IMG/VR virus record: IMGVR_UViG_3300025009_000111 | Span: 1 to 60,390 of that record | Length of the DNA stretch: 60,390 bases | Reading direction: 5' to 3' (one strand) | Origin: a virus | Lineage: Duplodnaviria; Caudoviricetes | Shown here: piece after piece, positions 27,650-36,190 of the stretch | How the letters are laid out: every line of letters starts with the position of its first letter | How positions within the stretch are numbered: position 1 is the first letter of the stretch | Program-made: the position numbers and the translations under genes | The notes under the pieces: generated by a model | What the model saw: the letters and a program-made list of their open reading frames with translations, nothing else | Told to the model about the DNA's origin: nothing | Databases searched by the model: none

Positions 27650-29319
27650 AGGACCGACAAGCAGAACCAAAGAAGAAAAGGGGCAGGGCCCGCTCCTCCG
27701 GGATATATCGGGAGAAGGTAAGGGCCACAGAGAAGGGGGTGAGTTTGGGAGGGGTCAAGGTCAAGGGATTATCGTCCTTTTTAGTGAAACTAAAAAGAAA
27801 CAAGCAAATCCGTCAATCCGAGGAAAAAAAGGTTGTTGAAAAGAAGAAATTGCCCCCACTTTCGATAAAGATGGGAGGGGCAGAAGGCATAGAGGAGGCA
27901 ATAGAGAGAGTCAAGGCCAGCATAGCACGGGATAGCTTCCCGGTATTTGTGAAGGAGTTCTGGGAAACCATCTGCCAGGAGCCACTTATCTGGAACTGGC
28001 ACATGGAGGTACTTTGTAGGGTGGCGCAGGAGGTTGCCTTATTATCTATAGATAGAAGACCGAAGAAGCACGACTTGCTGATCAACGTGCCTCCAGGATC
28101 CAGCAAGTCAACTATCTTCAGTGTGATGCTTCCAGCGTGGTGTTTCGCACGTGATCCAACATTCCAGGCCATATGTGGAAGCTATTCGTTTAGCTTGTCA
28201 CTCGACTTGAGTATGAAGTCCCGGGATGTGATCCAAAGCGAGAAGTATCAACGGTGGTATGGATCATATGTTGATATACGTGCTGACCAATCTGCAAAGC
28301 AATACTTCAAGTTGAGTGCTGGTGGTTGGAGGTATGCAACAAGTACTGGTGGTGCAATCACAGGATTTCATGGACACTTGATCATAATTGATGATCCACT
28401 TGATCCTAACCGTGCAATCAGTAAGCCTGAGTTGAAGGCTGCCAACCATTGGATGGAGGAAACCTTACCAACAAGGAAAGTTGATAAACGGTCAACTCCA
28501 ACGATATTGATCATGCAGCGGTTGGCGCAGGACGATCCAAGTGGAAAATGGTTGGAGAAGAAAAAAGCTGGTAAACCAATATATCACATTTGTTTACCGG
28601 CAGAACTATCAGAACATGTTGCTCCTGTTGAGTTGAGGCTCAACTATATAGATGGTTTGTTGGACCCTATCCGCATGGACAAAGGGGTATTGGATGAGGC
28701 GAAAGGGAATGGCCAATATTCCTACGCTTGTCAATACGACCAGTGGCCGATACCGATGCAGGGTGGAATGTTCAAGGTCGAGGAATTTCTGTCTCGGATT
28801 ATCACGGTGTATCCCGATAAAATCGTAAGAGAAGTCAGATACTGGGATAAGGCAGGGACGGACCAGATGAAAAATCCAAATGCCTGTTTCACCGTGGGCG
28901 TTCGCATGGCATTGGTGCTTGGAACGAAGTTTGTCATTCGGGACGTTGTTCGTGGGCAGTGGGCGACAGATAAGCGGGAGGATATGATCAGGATGGTCGC
29001 AAACTTGGATGGACCTTCCGTTGAAGTTTGGATTGAGCAGGAACCTGGATCCGGAGGACTTGATTCAGCGAGGCAGACGATTAAGAACTTGGTAGGATTC
29101 AGAGCATATGCTGATCGACCTGTTGGAGATAAGGCCACGCGGGCGGATCCATTCTCTGTCCAAGTAAACGCCGGCAATGTGTGTCTTTGGCAGGGAAACT
29201 GGAACATGTCATTTATTGAGGAGCTGCAGTGGTTCCCGGTTGGTCAGTTCAAAGACCAAGTTGACGCAGCGTCCGGGGCGTTTGGACGGTTGCTCCAAAT
29301 AAAGTTGAAGGCTGGATGA
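27646..29319 (+). CDS. terL: Terminase large subunit
   Basis: NWH, INVPPGSSKS, TGFHGHLIIIDDP, IMQR, WDKA, EQEPGSGG, KDQVDA. Confidence 0.93.
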   Translation: MKDRQAEPKKKRGRARSSGIYREKVRATEKGVSLGGVKVKGLSSFLVKLKRNKQIRQSEEKKVVEKKKLPPLSIKMGGAEGIEEAIERVKASIARDSFPVFVKEFWETICQEPLIWNWHMEVLCRVAQEVALLSIDRRPKKHDLLINVPPGSSKSTIFSVMLPAWCFARDPTFQAICGSYSFSLSLDLSMKSRDVIQSEKYQRWYGSYVDIRADQSAKQYFKLSAGGWRYATSTGGAITGFHGHLIIIDDPLDPNRAISKPELKAANHWMEETLPTRKVDKRSTPTILIMQRLAQDDPSGKWLEKKKAGKPIYHICLPAELSEHVAPVELRLNYIDGLLDPIRMDKGVLDEAKGNGQYSYACQYDQWPIPMQGGMFKVEEFLSRIITVYPDKIVREVRYWDKAGTDQMKNPNACFTVGVRMALVLGTKFVIRDVVRGQWATDKREDMIRMVANLDGPSVEVWIEQEPGSGGLDSARQTIKNLVGFRAYADRPVGDKATRADPFSVQVNAGNVCLWQGNWNMSFIEELQWFPVGQFKDQVDAASGAFGRLLQIKLKAG

Positions 29320-29322
29320 GAT

Positions 29323-29508
29323 ATGATTACGTTGTCATATACAGTTTGGATAGTTGGAAGGAATGGAAAGATTGACAAAGTCGATGGACACATCCAAGTA
29401 GCTTTTGTTGAATGGTCCAATTCCGTTGCCAAACGTAGAATATACAGAGAGGTGCACAAGAGACAACCAGAAGCATTTGCGATACGCATTGAGGAGGTAG
29501 AAAGATGA
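29323..29508 (+). CDS. Hypothetical protein
   Basis: Operonic ORF. Confidence 0.5.
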   Translation: MITLSYTVWIVGRNGKIDKVDGHIQVAFVEWSNSVAKRRIYREVHKRQPEAFAIRIEEVER

Positions 29509-29816
29509 TGGAAAATGTGAAAGTGAAAGTGTTCCTAGTCCGGAGGGATGTCTATTGGAGAGCAAAGTCTGCAAATATGGATATGTACTTGGTTCCAGCT
29601 GTCAAGTTTCATGTATTTACAATGGATTGGGAGTGTCCGGAATCTCTTACTTGGTTTAGAGATTCAATTCGACGTATCTACCCGGAACATGTGATGATCA
29701 AGTACGAACGTATTGTTGAGCAGGTCTACACTTGCTCAGCTTGTCTATTCGGACCAACTGATTTGAGTAATTGCCAGCGTATAAGTTGTTCGTCAACACA
29801 AGTCTGCGAATTCTAA
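29505..29816 (+). CDS. Hypothetical protein with C-terminal Cys cluster
   Basis: SD GAGGAGG, ATGA overlap. Confidence 0.55.
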   Translation: MMENVKVKVFLVRRDVYWRAKSANMDMYLVPAVKFHVFTMDWECPESLTWFRDSIRRIYPEHVMIKYERIVEQVYTCSACLFGPTDLSNCQRISCSSTQVCEF

Positions 29817-29831
29817 AGGAAAGGATTGTCC

Positions 29832-30458
29832 ATGAAAATCGTACAAATGTCCGTTGAAGTGATGAGCCACCCAGACTATGCATTGGCCGTGATTGAGAAG
29901 GCGTACCGGGTGGCATACCAGTCTACTCCTAAGCCGGGAGAGACAACGGAGGAATTTATTAAGTCACACATGGAACACGAAGCTCCCCTGGAGTTCGCTT
30001 CCGTGGGGTTCCTGTTCGTCGTTGACCGGGGGGTATCCCACGAGATGGTACGTCACCGGTTGGCGAGTTACGTGCAGGAATCGACACGGTACTGTAATTA
30101 CGGCAAGGACAAGTTCGGGGGAGAGATTACGGTTGTGCAACCTCCAGGGTTGGATGGCATTTTGTCACATGGATGGAAGACGTCAATGGAAACAGCAGAA
30201 CACCATTACTTGGGCATGCTCGAGAATGGAGTCAAGCCCCAGATCGCACGGTCAGTCCTTCCCACCTGCTTGAAGACACAGATCGCAATGTATGCGAACT
30301 TTCGTGAATGGCGACATATTCTGAAACTTCGCACAGCCAGGACTGCTCATCCCCAGATTCGGGAAGTCATGCTTCAGGTGTTGGCCTACTTCCGCAAATA
30401 CTGGCCCGTGATCGTCCATGACATCAACGTGGTGGAGGAATTTCCCGATCATGCTTAA
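29832..30458 (+). CDS. thyX: Flavin-dependent thymidylate synthase
   Basis: HEAPLE, RGVSHEMVRHRLASYVQESTRY, ARSVLP, NFREW, AHPQIR. Confidence 0.95.
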   Translation: MKIVQMSVEVMSHPDYALAVIEKAYRVAYQSTPKPGETTEEFIKSHMEHEAPLEFASVGFLFVVDRGVSHEMVRHRLASYVQESTRYCNYGKDKFGGEITVVQPPGLDGILSHGWKTSMETAEHHYLGMLENGVKPQIARSVLPTCLKTQIAMYANFREWRHILKLRTARTAHPQIREVMLQVLAYFRKYWPVIVHDINVVEEFPDHA

Positions 30459-30828
30459 CAAGCACTACCCATTCATTGATGCAGCGTGGAAGTCCCGGTG
30501 GCCACAGGACGAATTGGTGTTGGAGGAATCCCACGCGGTTCCCCAGACGCTGGGTGACACGGAGTGGTCACCGGAGTTTGAACGTCTGATGAGGAATCGG
30601 TTGATCATGGGGGCATTCCGATATGGGCGGCTTCACGGCAAGGGAAAGCCCCAGTGGGATCGTACAATAAGCATTGTGAAGCGGTTGGCCCAGTACCGGG
30701 TGGACGGCAACAGGGAACACCTGGTTGATGTTGCTAATCTGGCTTTGTTGGAGTTTGAAGAGGGTATAAACAAAGACCGTCCAATCCACGCGATTGACGA
30801 CGGGGAACACGTGGAGAGAACAATATGA
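30451..30828 (+). CDS. Putative all-alpha nucleotide pyrophosphohydrolase-like protein
   Basis: GAFRYG...W...GNREHLVDVANLAL; adjacent to thyX. Confidence 0.4.
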   Translation: MLNKHYPFIDAAWKSRWPQDELVLEESHAVPQTLGDTEWSPEFERLMRNRLIMGAFRYGRLHGKGKPQWDRTISIVKRLAQYRVDGNREHLVDVANLALLEFEEGINKDRPIHAIDDGEHVERTI

Positions 30829-31079
30829 TTGAGAAGACAAGACACTTGTGGAAAGGACAGCACGATCCGGACTGGAACCCATCTCCATACAAGACGTTTA
30901 GCGTGGGGATCTTTGAGGGGGTGAAGCGTGGCAACGGCGATTACAAAAGGGCGGGAAAAGTAAAGGTTCGCATCAGCGGGCTAAAGGGCAACGCAGACGC
31001 TGTGTACGACATGGCGGATATTGTGGCACGTCAATTGGACCAAGGCAAGTACACCGGGTCAAGGAGGATCAGGGTATGA
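30825..31079 (+). CDS. Hypothetical protein
   Basis: ATGA-coupled ORF. Confidence 0.6.
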   Translation: MIEKTRHLWKGQHDPDWNPSPYKTFSVGIFEGVKRGNGDYKRAGKVKVRISGLKGNADAVYDMADIVARQLDQGKYTGSRRIRV

Positions 31080-31480
31080 AAAAGCGTAGTCGAAAAGTGA
31101 ATCGCTCCCGTGCCGCTTGGAGTCAGATGGTTCTGCGACGGGAACGGAGGATTGAGGAATTGGAAGCAGAGTGCCGTCGGTTGCACACGAATGAGGGGCA
31201 GGTTGTTTATCATTCTTCCCCTGAATGGAAAGCGGCGACGGAGGAACGGGATTCGTGGAGAGCCATGGCTTTGCAATACGGACGGGATATTGACAAGCTG
31301 ACCACAGAGAACGAAGCCCTGCGTAAGCACCAACTTCCCCGGTGGTACTACGTAGTGGAATTCCAGAACAAGAAATACGCAGAGGAATTCCAGTGGTTGG
31401 TTGCTGATGACCTGGAACGTGTGCGCCGTTCAGAACGCATGGGCGTGTACGATGCAAAGACGGAGGTGGAGGATGAATAA
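31076..31480 (+). CDS. Hypothetical coiled-coil protein
   Basis: ATGA-coupled, SD AGGAGG. Confidence 0.6.
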   Translation: MKKRSRKVNRSRAAWSQMVLRRERRIEELEAECRRLHTNEGQVVYHSSPEWKAATEERDSWRAMALQYGRDIDKLTTENEALRKHQLPRWYYVVEFQNKKYAEEFQWLVADDLERVRRSERMGVYDAKTEVEDE

Positions 31481-31703
31481 GCGACAGCGGAAGAAAGCTG
31501 AAAAGCGGTATTGGGAATGGAAGTCCAATTTGGTGATGATTCTATTAGATACCTCAGTCGTTAGCATTGTGCAAGATTTATGTGCACCAGGACAGATGGT
31601 GGACATTCTCAAAGTAATGAAAGCACTGGATGAAGCATACCAGTCACTAACGTCATTCGGGGCGTTTGGACGGTTGTTGAATCGGAAGTTGATTGCGGGG
31701 TAA
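31473..31703 (+). CDS. Hypothetical protein (MNKRQRKK start)
   Basis: SD GGAGG; common phage N-terminal motif. Confidence 0.55.
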   Translation: MNKRQRKKAEKRYWEWKSNLVMILLDTSVVSIVQDLCAPGQMVDILKVMKALDEAYQSLTSFGAFGRLLNRKLIAG

Positions 31704-31737
31704 GGATCGTATAATAGATAACGAAAGGAGACTTCAT

Positions 31738-31956
31738 ATGAAAGTGAAATTGATAGATGGACCAGCAGCCGGACGTGTGCTCAATCTTCCCGATGGTGTA
31801 TACGTGATACAGGTGCAGGCTGAGAGTGAAACGGAATCCCGGTATGATCCTATGTCATCAGTTCCAAATAGGATTCCTCTTACTTTTCAGTACCGGGTGG
31901 ATGAGTGGGAGATTGATCAATTTACAGGGGCGTGTAAGGCATATTACCAAAAGTGA
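31738..31956 (+). CDS. Hypothetical protein
   Basis: SD AAAGGAG, LIDGP..G motif, preceded by CGTATAATA (31708-31716). Confidence 0.6.
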   Translation: MKVKLIDGPAAGRVLNLPDGVYVIQVQAESETESRYDPMSSVPNRIPLTFQYRVDEWEIDQFTGACKAYYQK

Positions 31957-31977
31957 ATGGCGGAAGGAGAGTAACCA

Positions 31978-32934
31978 ATGATGACGTATGAAGAATGGAC
32001 GCTGATGGGATCGGAACAGCGTATATCGAAGTTGATCCAGATGGATGCCAACATCGATTACCACGAAAGGTCACGCGGGGAAGCGGAGGAAAAAATCAAG
32101 GTAATGGAAGCACGGTGCGAGGAGTTGGAACGTGTTGTGATCGCAGTACGGGACGGAATGGAAGTGTATCCGCAGTGGGTCAAGCCCGTAGAAGTCCCGA
32201 AGGCGAAGGAGGAATCCAAGAAGACTTATTGTGCGCAGTGTGGTGTTCCCTTGAAAACGGGAGAAGATAGTTTGTGTACGGATTGCTGGTGCGTGAGTGA
32301 GGATTTAAATCAGGCAAAGGGGGAACCCATAAACGGCACTTGTGAGATGTGTGGAACCCCGATCAAAGGGTTGGGGGTGTGTGATAGGTGTTGGGACGAA
32401 ACTGAAAATGATAGGCAAGAAGAGGAGACTGACGATGATGCTGAGGAAGATCAAACGGAATCAAGTGAAGCTGGTGGGAATGTTCCGGCAAATGGTGAGG
32501 CACAGGCCCTTCAAGCAATGGTGGAACCGGAACGGGATCATGGTAGCAGTCCGGTTGTCCCAGCTCAAGAAGGACTTCCAGGCCCAGCAAGCACGCAAGG
32601 TGGCGGTGAGGTAATCCCCCATCCAATGGACCGTCCCGTAACGTTCCACCCGTACCCGGAGACGGAACCCCCGGTGGGACGAAGGATCATGGTGATCGGG
32701 TATACCGGCAATTTAGGAATGGATGAGTACTACGGGGAACATAGTTGGTGTTGGCACAGACCTTCTGCTGTAATGTACTGGGCTGATTGTATCAAAGTGG
32801 GATGTGTTACGGAAGCTCATCGAAACACTTTGTTGCACATGAAGATCGAACACGAAAAGCAGGAGTGGCAGAAGTACGTAAACAAGGTTCGGGGGATTCA
32901 GACCCCACAACCCAGTGTCGAAAGCGAGTGGTGA
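31978..32934 (+). CDS. Hypothetical protein with two CxxC-CxxC zinc ribbons (possibly a composite ORF)
   Basis: SD AAGGAG; CAQCG..CTDC, CEMCG..CDRC. Confidence 0.55.
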   Translation: MMTYEEWTLMGSEQRISKLIQMDANIDYHERSRGEAEEKIKVMEARCEELERVVIAVRDGMEVYPQWVKPVEVPKAKEESKKTYCAQCGVPLKTGEDSLCTDCWCVSEDLNQAKGEPINGTCEMCGTPIKGLGVCDRCWDETENDRQEEETDDDAEEDQTESSEAGGNVPANGEAQALQAMVEPERDHGSSPVVPAQEGLPGPASTQGGGEVIPHPMDRPVTFHPYPETEPPVGRRIMVIGYTGNLGMDEYYGEHSWCWHRPSAVMYWADCIKVGCVTEAHRNTLLHMKIEHEKQEWQKYVNKVRGIQTPQPSVESEW

Positions 32935-32939
32935 TACCC

Positions 32940-32950
32940 CCGTATAATAA
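32940..32950 (+). promoter_or_regulatory. CCGTATAATAA promoter motif upstream of the head operon
   Basis: Exact motif at the start of the intergenic region before portal. Confidence 0.6.
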
Positions 32951-33214
32951 GCCTGTAGGGGCTGACCCATATGAGTATCGGGTTGGGAAGTGTAGAAGCT
33001 AAAAAGGGCAGTAACAAGGCTGGAAAGCCAAAGGAGGACGGTATGTAGGAAACCACACAACTGAATACTTACACCAAGCCCCCCGGATCTCACGGCCACG
33101 TAAAGAAGTGTGGTATCCCATGGACGGAGGATGGATGACGGGGGCTTTTCCATTCTAGGTTATATTAAGGCTTAGGATTGACCCCACATAACATAGAATA
33201 AAGGAGAACGTCCC

Positions 33215-34723
33215 ATGTCCAGAGGCGACAAACAGACCGTGATGAACGAAGATCCCACGCGGATGAAGATGTTGGAACTGGCCATATCTCGTATGGGATT
33301 AGGTTCCCTCTTAGGGCAGTCCTTCGGTGGCAAGCGGGATATGTACGTTTCCTGCGGGTGGGACAAGCTCCTCACTATCCAGCAGTACCAGGATCTGTAT
33401 GACCGGGGGGACATAGCCCAGACAATTGTCAATGCGTACCCGGATGGCACGTGGGAGGCTGATCCGGTGGTGAGGGAGGATAAGCCCGGATCTACCCGCA
33501 ACATCCCGTCAGCCCAGACGGAGTTTGAAACAGCGTGGGAGGAATTGACGGACGAACTGGAACTGAACACGTTCTTTCAGCGAGTTGACCGTCAGGCGGG
33601 TATCGGCCAATTCGGAGTGCTGCTAGTGGGGCTGGACGACGGACTAGACCCCAGTCAACCCGTGGTCAAGAAGGCGGGGGCGAGGATTACCTACTTACGG
33701 CCATTGAGTGAGGCGGGAATTAGTATTAGTCAGTGGGACAATGATATCCGAAGCCCCCGGTATGGTAAGCCCGTCCTGTACTCAATTCAACTTCAACAAC
33801 TGAACACCCAGAACGCCACTGTTGGGGAACCTTCTACCAGCATCATTGCCCACTACACACGCGTGTTGCATGTGGCCGATGGGCTTCAATCATCCCTGGT
33901 GCTGGGAACCCCCCGGCTTCAGGGCGTGTGGAATCGGTTGTTTGATGCACACAAGGTCTTGGGTTGTTCCGCTGAGATGTTCTGGCAGGGGGCGTTCAAG
34001 GGGTTCAGTTTGAATGTCAACCCGGAAGCAGAATTGACGGATTCAGACACGTTGAAGGCAAAGATGCAGGATTACATCCATGGGATTCAGCGGTATTTGA
34101 TAACCCAGGGAATCGACGTCAAGGAACTGGGCGGGGCAGTGGCCGATCCTCAATCTCATATCAATATTCAACTCCAGTTCATCAGCGCGTTTACGGGCAT
34201 CCCTATGCGAATCCTGCTGGGGAGTGAACGCGGGGAGTTGGCCAGCAGCCAGGACGAACGCGGTTGGCACCAGAAGCTCAAACGACGACGGTCCAAGTAT
34301 GCCACCCCGACGATTATCAAACCTTTTGCCCGTTTGTGTTGCAATGCAGGGGTGCTGCCGGAACCGCGCAAGGGGACGTTCTGGGTAGAGTGGCCGGAAG
34401 CCAACGAAATGGATGCGGCGGCAATGGCGTCCGTCGGGCTTCAGCGAACCCAGGCTATGGGGGCGTACATCAGTGGCGGGGTGAGTGGTTTGGTATCCCC
34501 CACGGACTTCTTGGTGCGTGTGTTGGGGTTTGAACGGTGGGAAGCGGAAGAGATGATTGCGGGAGCGGACGGGAACGCCATCAATCTGATCGCCGAAGAG
34601 CAGACACCTGAAGAACCCGTGGTGGAGGGGGAAACCCCGCCCCCGGAAGTCCCATCCAAGGAAGAGGAACCCCCGACAGAGGAACAGGGCACGCCGAAAC
34701 CCCCACGTAAGCGAGGCAAATAA
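33215..34723 (+). CDS. Portal protein (DUF1073-type)
   Basis: YDRGDIA..IVN, D...SPRYGKP..Y, HYTRV, TGIPMRILLG...GELAS..D...W; first gene of the head module. Confidence 0.88.
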   Translation: MSRGDKQTVMNEDPTRMKMLELAISRMGLGSLLGQSFGGKRDMYVSCGWDKLLTIQQYQDLYDRGDIAQTIVNAYPDGTWEADPVVREDKPGSTRNIPSAQTEFETAWEELTDELELNTFFQRVDRQAGIGQFGVLLVGLDDGLDPSQPVVKKAGARITYLRPLSEAGISISQWDNDIRSPRYGKPVLYSIQLQQLNTQNATVGEPSTSIIAHYTRVLHVADGLQSSLVLGTPRLQGVWNRLFDAHKVLGCSAEMFWQGAFKGFSLNVNPEAELTDSDTLKAKMQDYIHGIQRYLITQGIDVKELGGAVADPQSHINIQLQFISAFTGIPMRILLGSERGELASSQDERGWHQKLKRRRSKYATPTIIKPFARLCCNAGVLPEPRKGTFWVEWPEANEMDAAAMASVGLQRTQAMGAYISGGVSGLVSPTDFLVRVLGFERWEAEEMIAGADGNAINLIAEEQTPEEPVVEGETPPPEVPSKEEEPPTEEQGTPKPPRKRGK

Positions 34724-34735
34724 CGAGGAGAGAGT

Positions 34736-34767
34736 GGGGGGATACCTTCTACCAGGGGTATCCCCTT
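34736..34767 (+). terminator. Hairpin after portal
   Basis: GGGGATACC...GGTATCCCC stem with a weak U tract. Confidence 0.45.
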
Positions 34768-34789
34768 CGACGTTTAAAAGGGCAGTAAT

Positions 34790-36154
34790 ATGGCCACATT
34801 GGCGAAGAAACTAGACCCGACGGACACCACGCTTATCCGTCGGCAGTTCATAGCGGAAGTCAACCGACGATTCACTCAATTGTCCAAGGCGATCACCGAC
34901 GCACTGGTGACGCAGGACATGCTTGGGCTGAAGGAGAAGGTCAACCCGCTGAAAATGTTGGCTCGTCCGGGTAACTTCCAGTTCAGTAGCAACCCGGAGA
35001 AGCATCAAGGGTTCATGGACTGGTTGAAGGAGCAGGAGACGTTCGACATCCTGGGTACGGTCAAGCCGGGGCCCACGGGGAAGTCCAGCCGATGGACGGA
35101 CGGGTATATTCAATCGGCGTATAAGAAATCAATCGCACAATCCTACAGCTTTTTCAAGGCCAACGAATCCAAGCTCAAGGAGGTGCAGCCTGACATCCCC
35201 GGACTGATTGGCCCTGACCCTCAGGCGTTCATCAATCACTCCATGCTACTCCCGATTCACAAGGATGCCGTGGAGATGCTTTACACCCGGACGTACAGTG
35301 ATTTGAAGGGTATAACGAATGTCATGGACGCAGGGATCAGTCGTGTGTTGTCACAGGGGATAAGCGAGGGGCAAAACCCCAACGTATTGGCACGGAAGAT
35401 GCGGGACACGGTAAGTGGAATTGGAATTGCACGGGCAAGGATGATTGCTCGTACCGAAGTGATTCGTGCACATGCTGAATCGAAGCTGAACACGTTCCAG
35501 GCGTTGGGGTTGGAGGACGTGGAGGTGGAAGCGGAGTGGAGCACTGCGGACGATGAGCGGGTGTGCCCTAAGTGTCACGCTATGGAGGGGAAGGTGTTCA
35601 CGTTGGCGGGCGCAAGGGAAATGCTTCCCCTCCACCCCAACTGCCGTTGCACCTGGATTCCGCACTTGCCTGATCTGTCCGAAGAAAAGCCGGAAGAACC
35701 AGTGAAGGAACCGGAAACGGACGTGGAGGAGGGAATCCCGGAGGAGGAAATGGGAATTCCCGAAGTCGAATGGACAATGCCGGAAAGGGCACGTAGGTCG
35801 GGAGATAAAGTTGTGTGGGTTGACGTGGAAGCCTTTGACCGTCTGTGGAAGAAAGACCCTGAGATGTACGTAGCCCCCGGTGGGGTTGGTGGGATAAAGG
35901 GACGGTATGAACGGTTCGGTAAATTCCTGGAGACGGGGGAATCCGTTATCATGTCCGAAGTTGGGGTATCCCCCCGGACGGGCACTATTGAATTTACGAA
36001 TGGTCGGCACCGGTTTGCGTACTTGAGGGATCATGGGGTAAAGACAATTCCGATCAGCATGGACAAGAGCATGATGAAGCTCGCAAAGAAGACAGAGATC
36101 ATCGTCAAGGCACCAAAGAACAAAAAGATGGGTACTATATTAACCACTAAGTGA
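34790..36154 (+). CDS. MuF/SPP1 gp7-like head morphogenesis protein with C-terminal ParB/Srx-like domain
   Basis: DPT.T, RARMIARTE, W.TA.D.RVC..C, PLHPNCRC; acidic linker; FTNGRHRF......G...IP. Confidence 0.85.
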   Translation: MATLAKKLDPTDTTLIRRQFIAEVNRRFTQLSKAITDALVTQDMLGLKEKVNPLKMLARPGNFQFSSNPEKHQGFMDWLKEQETFDILGTVKPGPTGKSSRWTDGYIQSAYKKSIAQSYSFFKANESKLKEVQPDIPGLIGPDPQAFINHSMLLPIHKDAVEMLYTRTYSDLKGITNVMDAGISRVLSQGISEGQNPNVLARKMRDTVSGIGIARARMIARTEVIRAHAESKLNTFQALGLEDVEVEAEWSTADDERVCPKCHAMEGKVFTLAGAREMLPLHPNCRCTWIPHLPDLSEEKPEEPVKEPETDVEEGIPEEEMGIPEVEWTMPERARRSGDKVVWVDVEAFDRLWKKDPEMYVAPGGVGGIKGRYERFGKFLETGESVIMSEVGVSPRTGTIEFTNGRHRFAYLRDHGVKTIPISMDKSMMKLAKKTEIIVKAPKNKKMGTILTTK

Positions 36155-36190
36155 TTGAACCGTCAACCCAAAAGTGAAGGAGATGAGACG

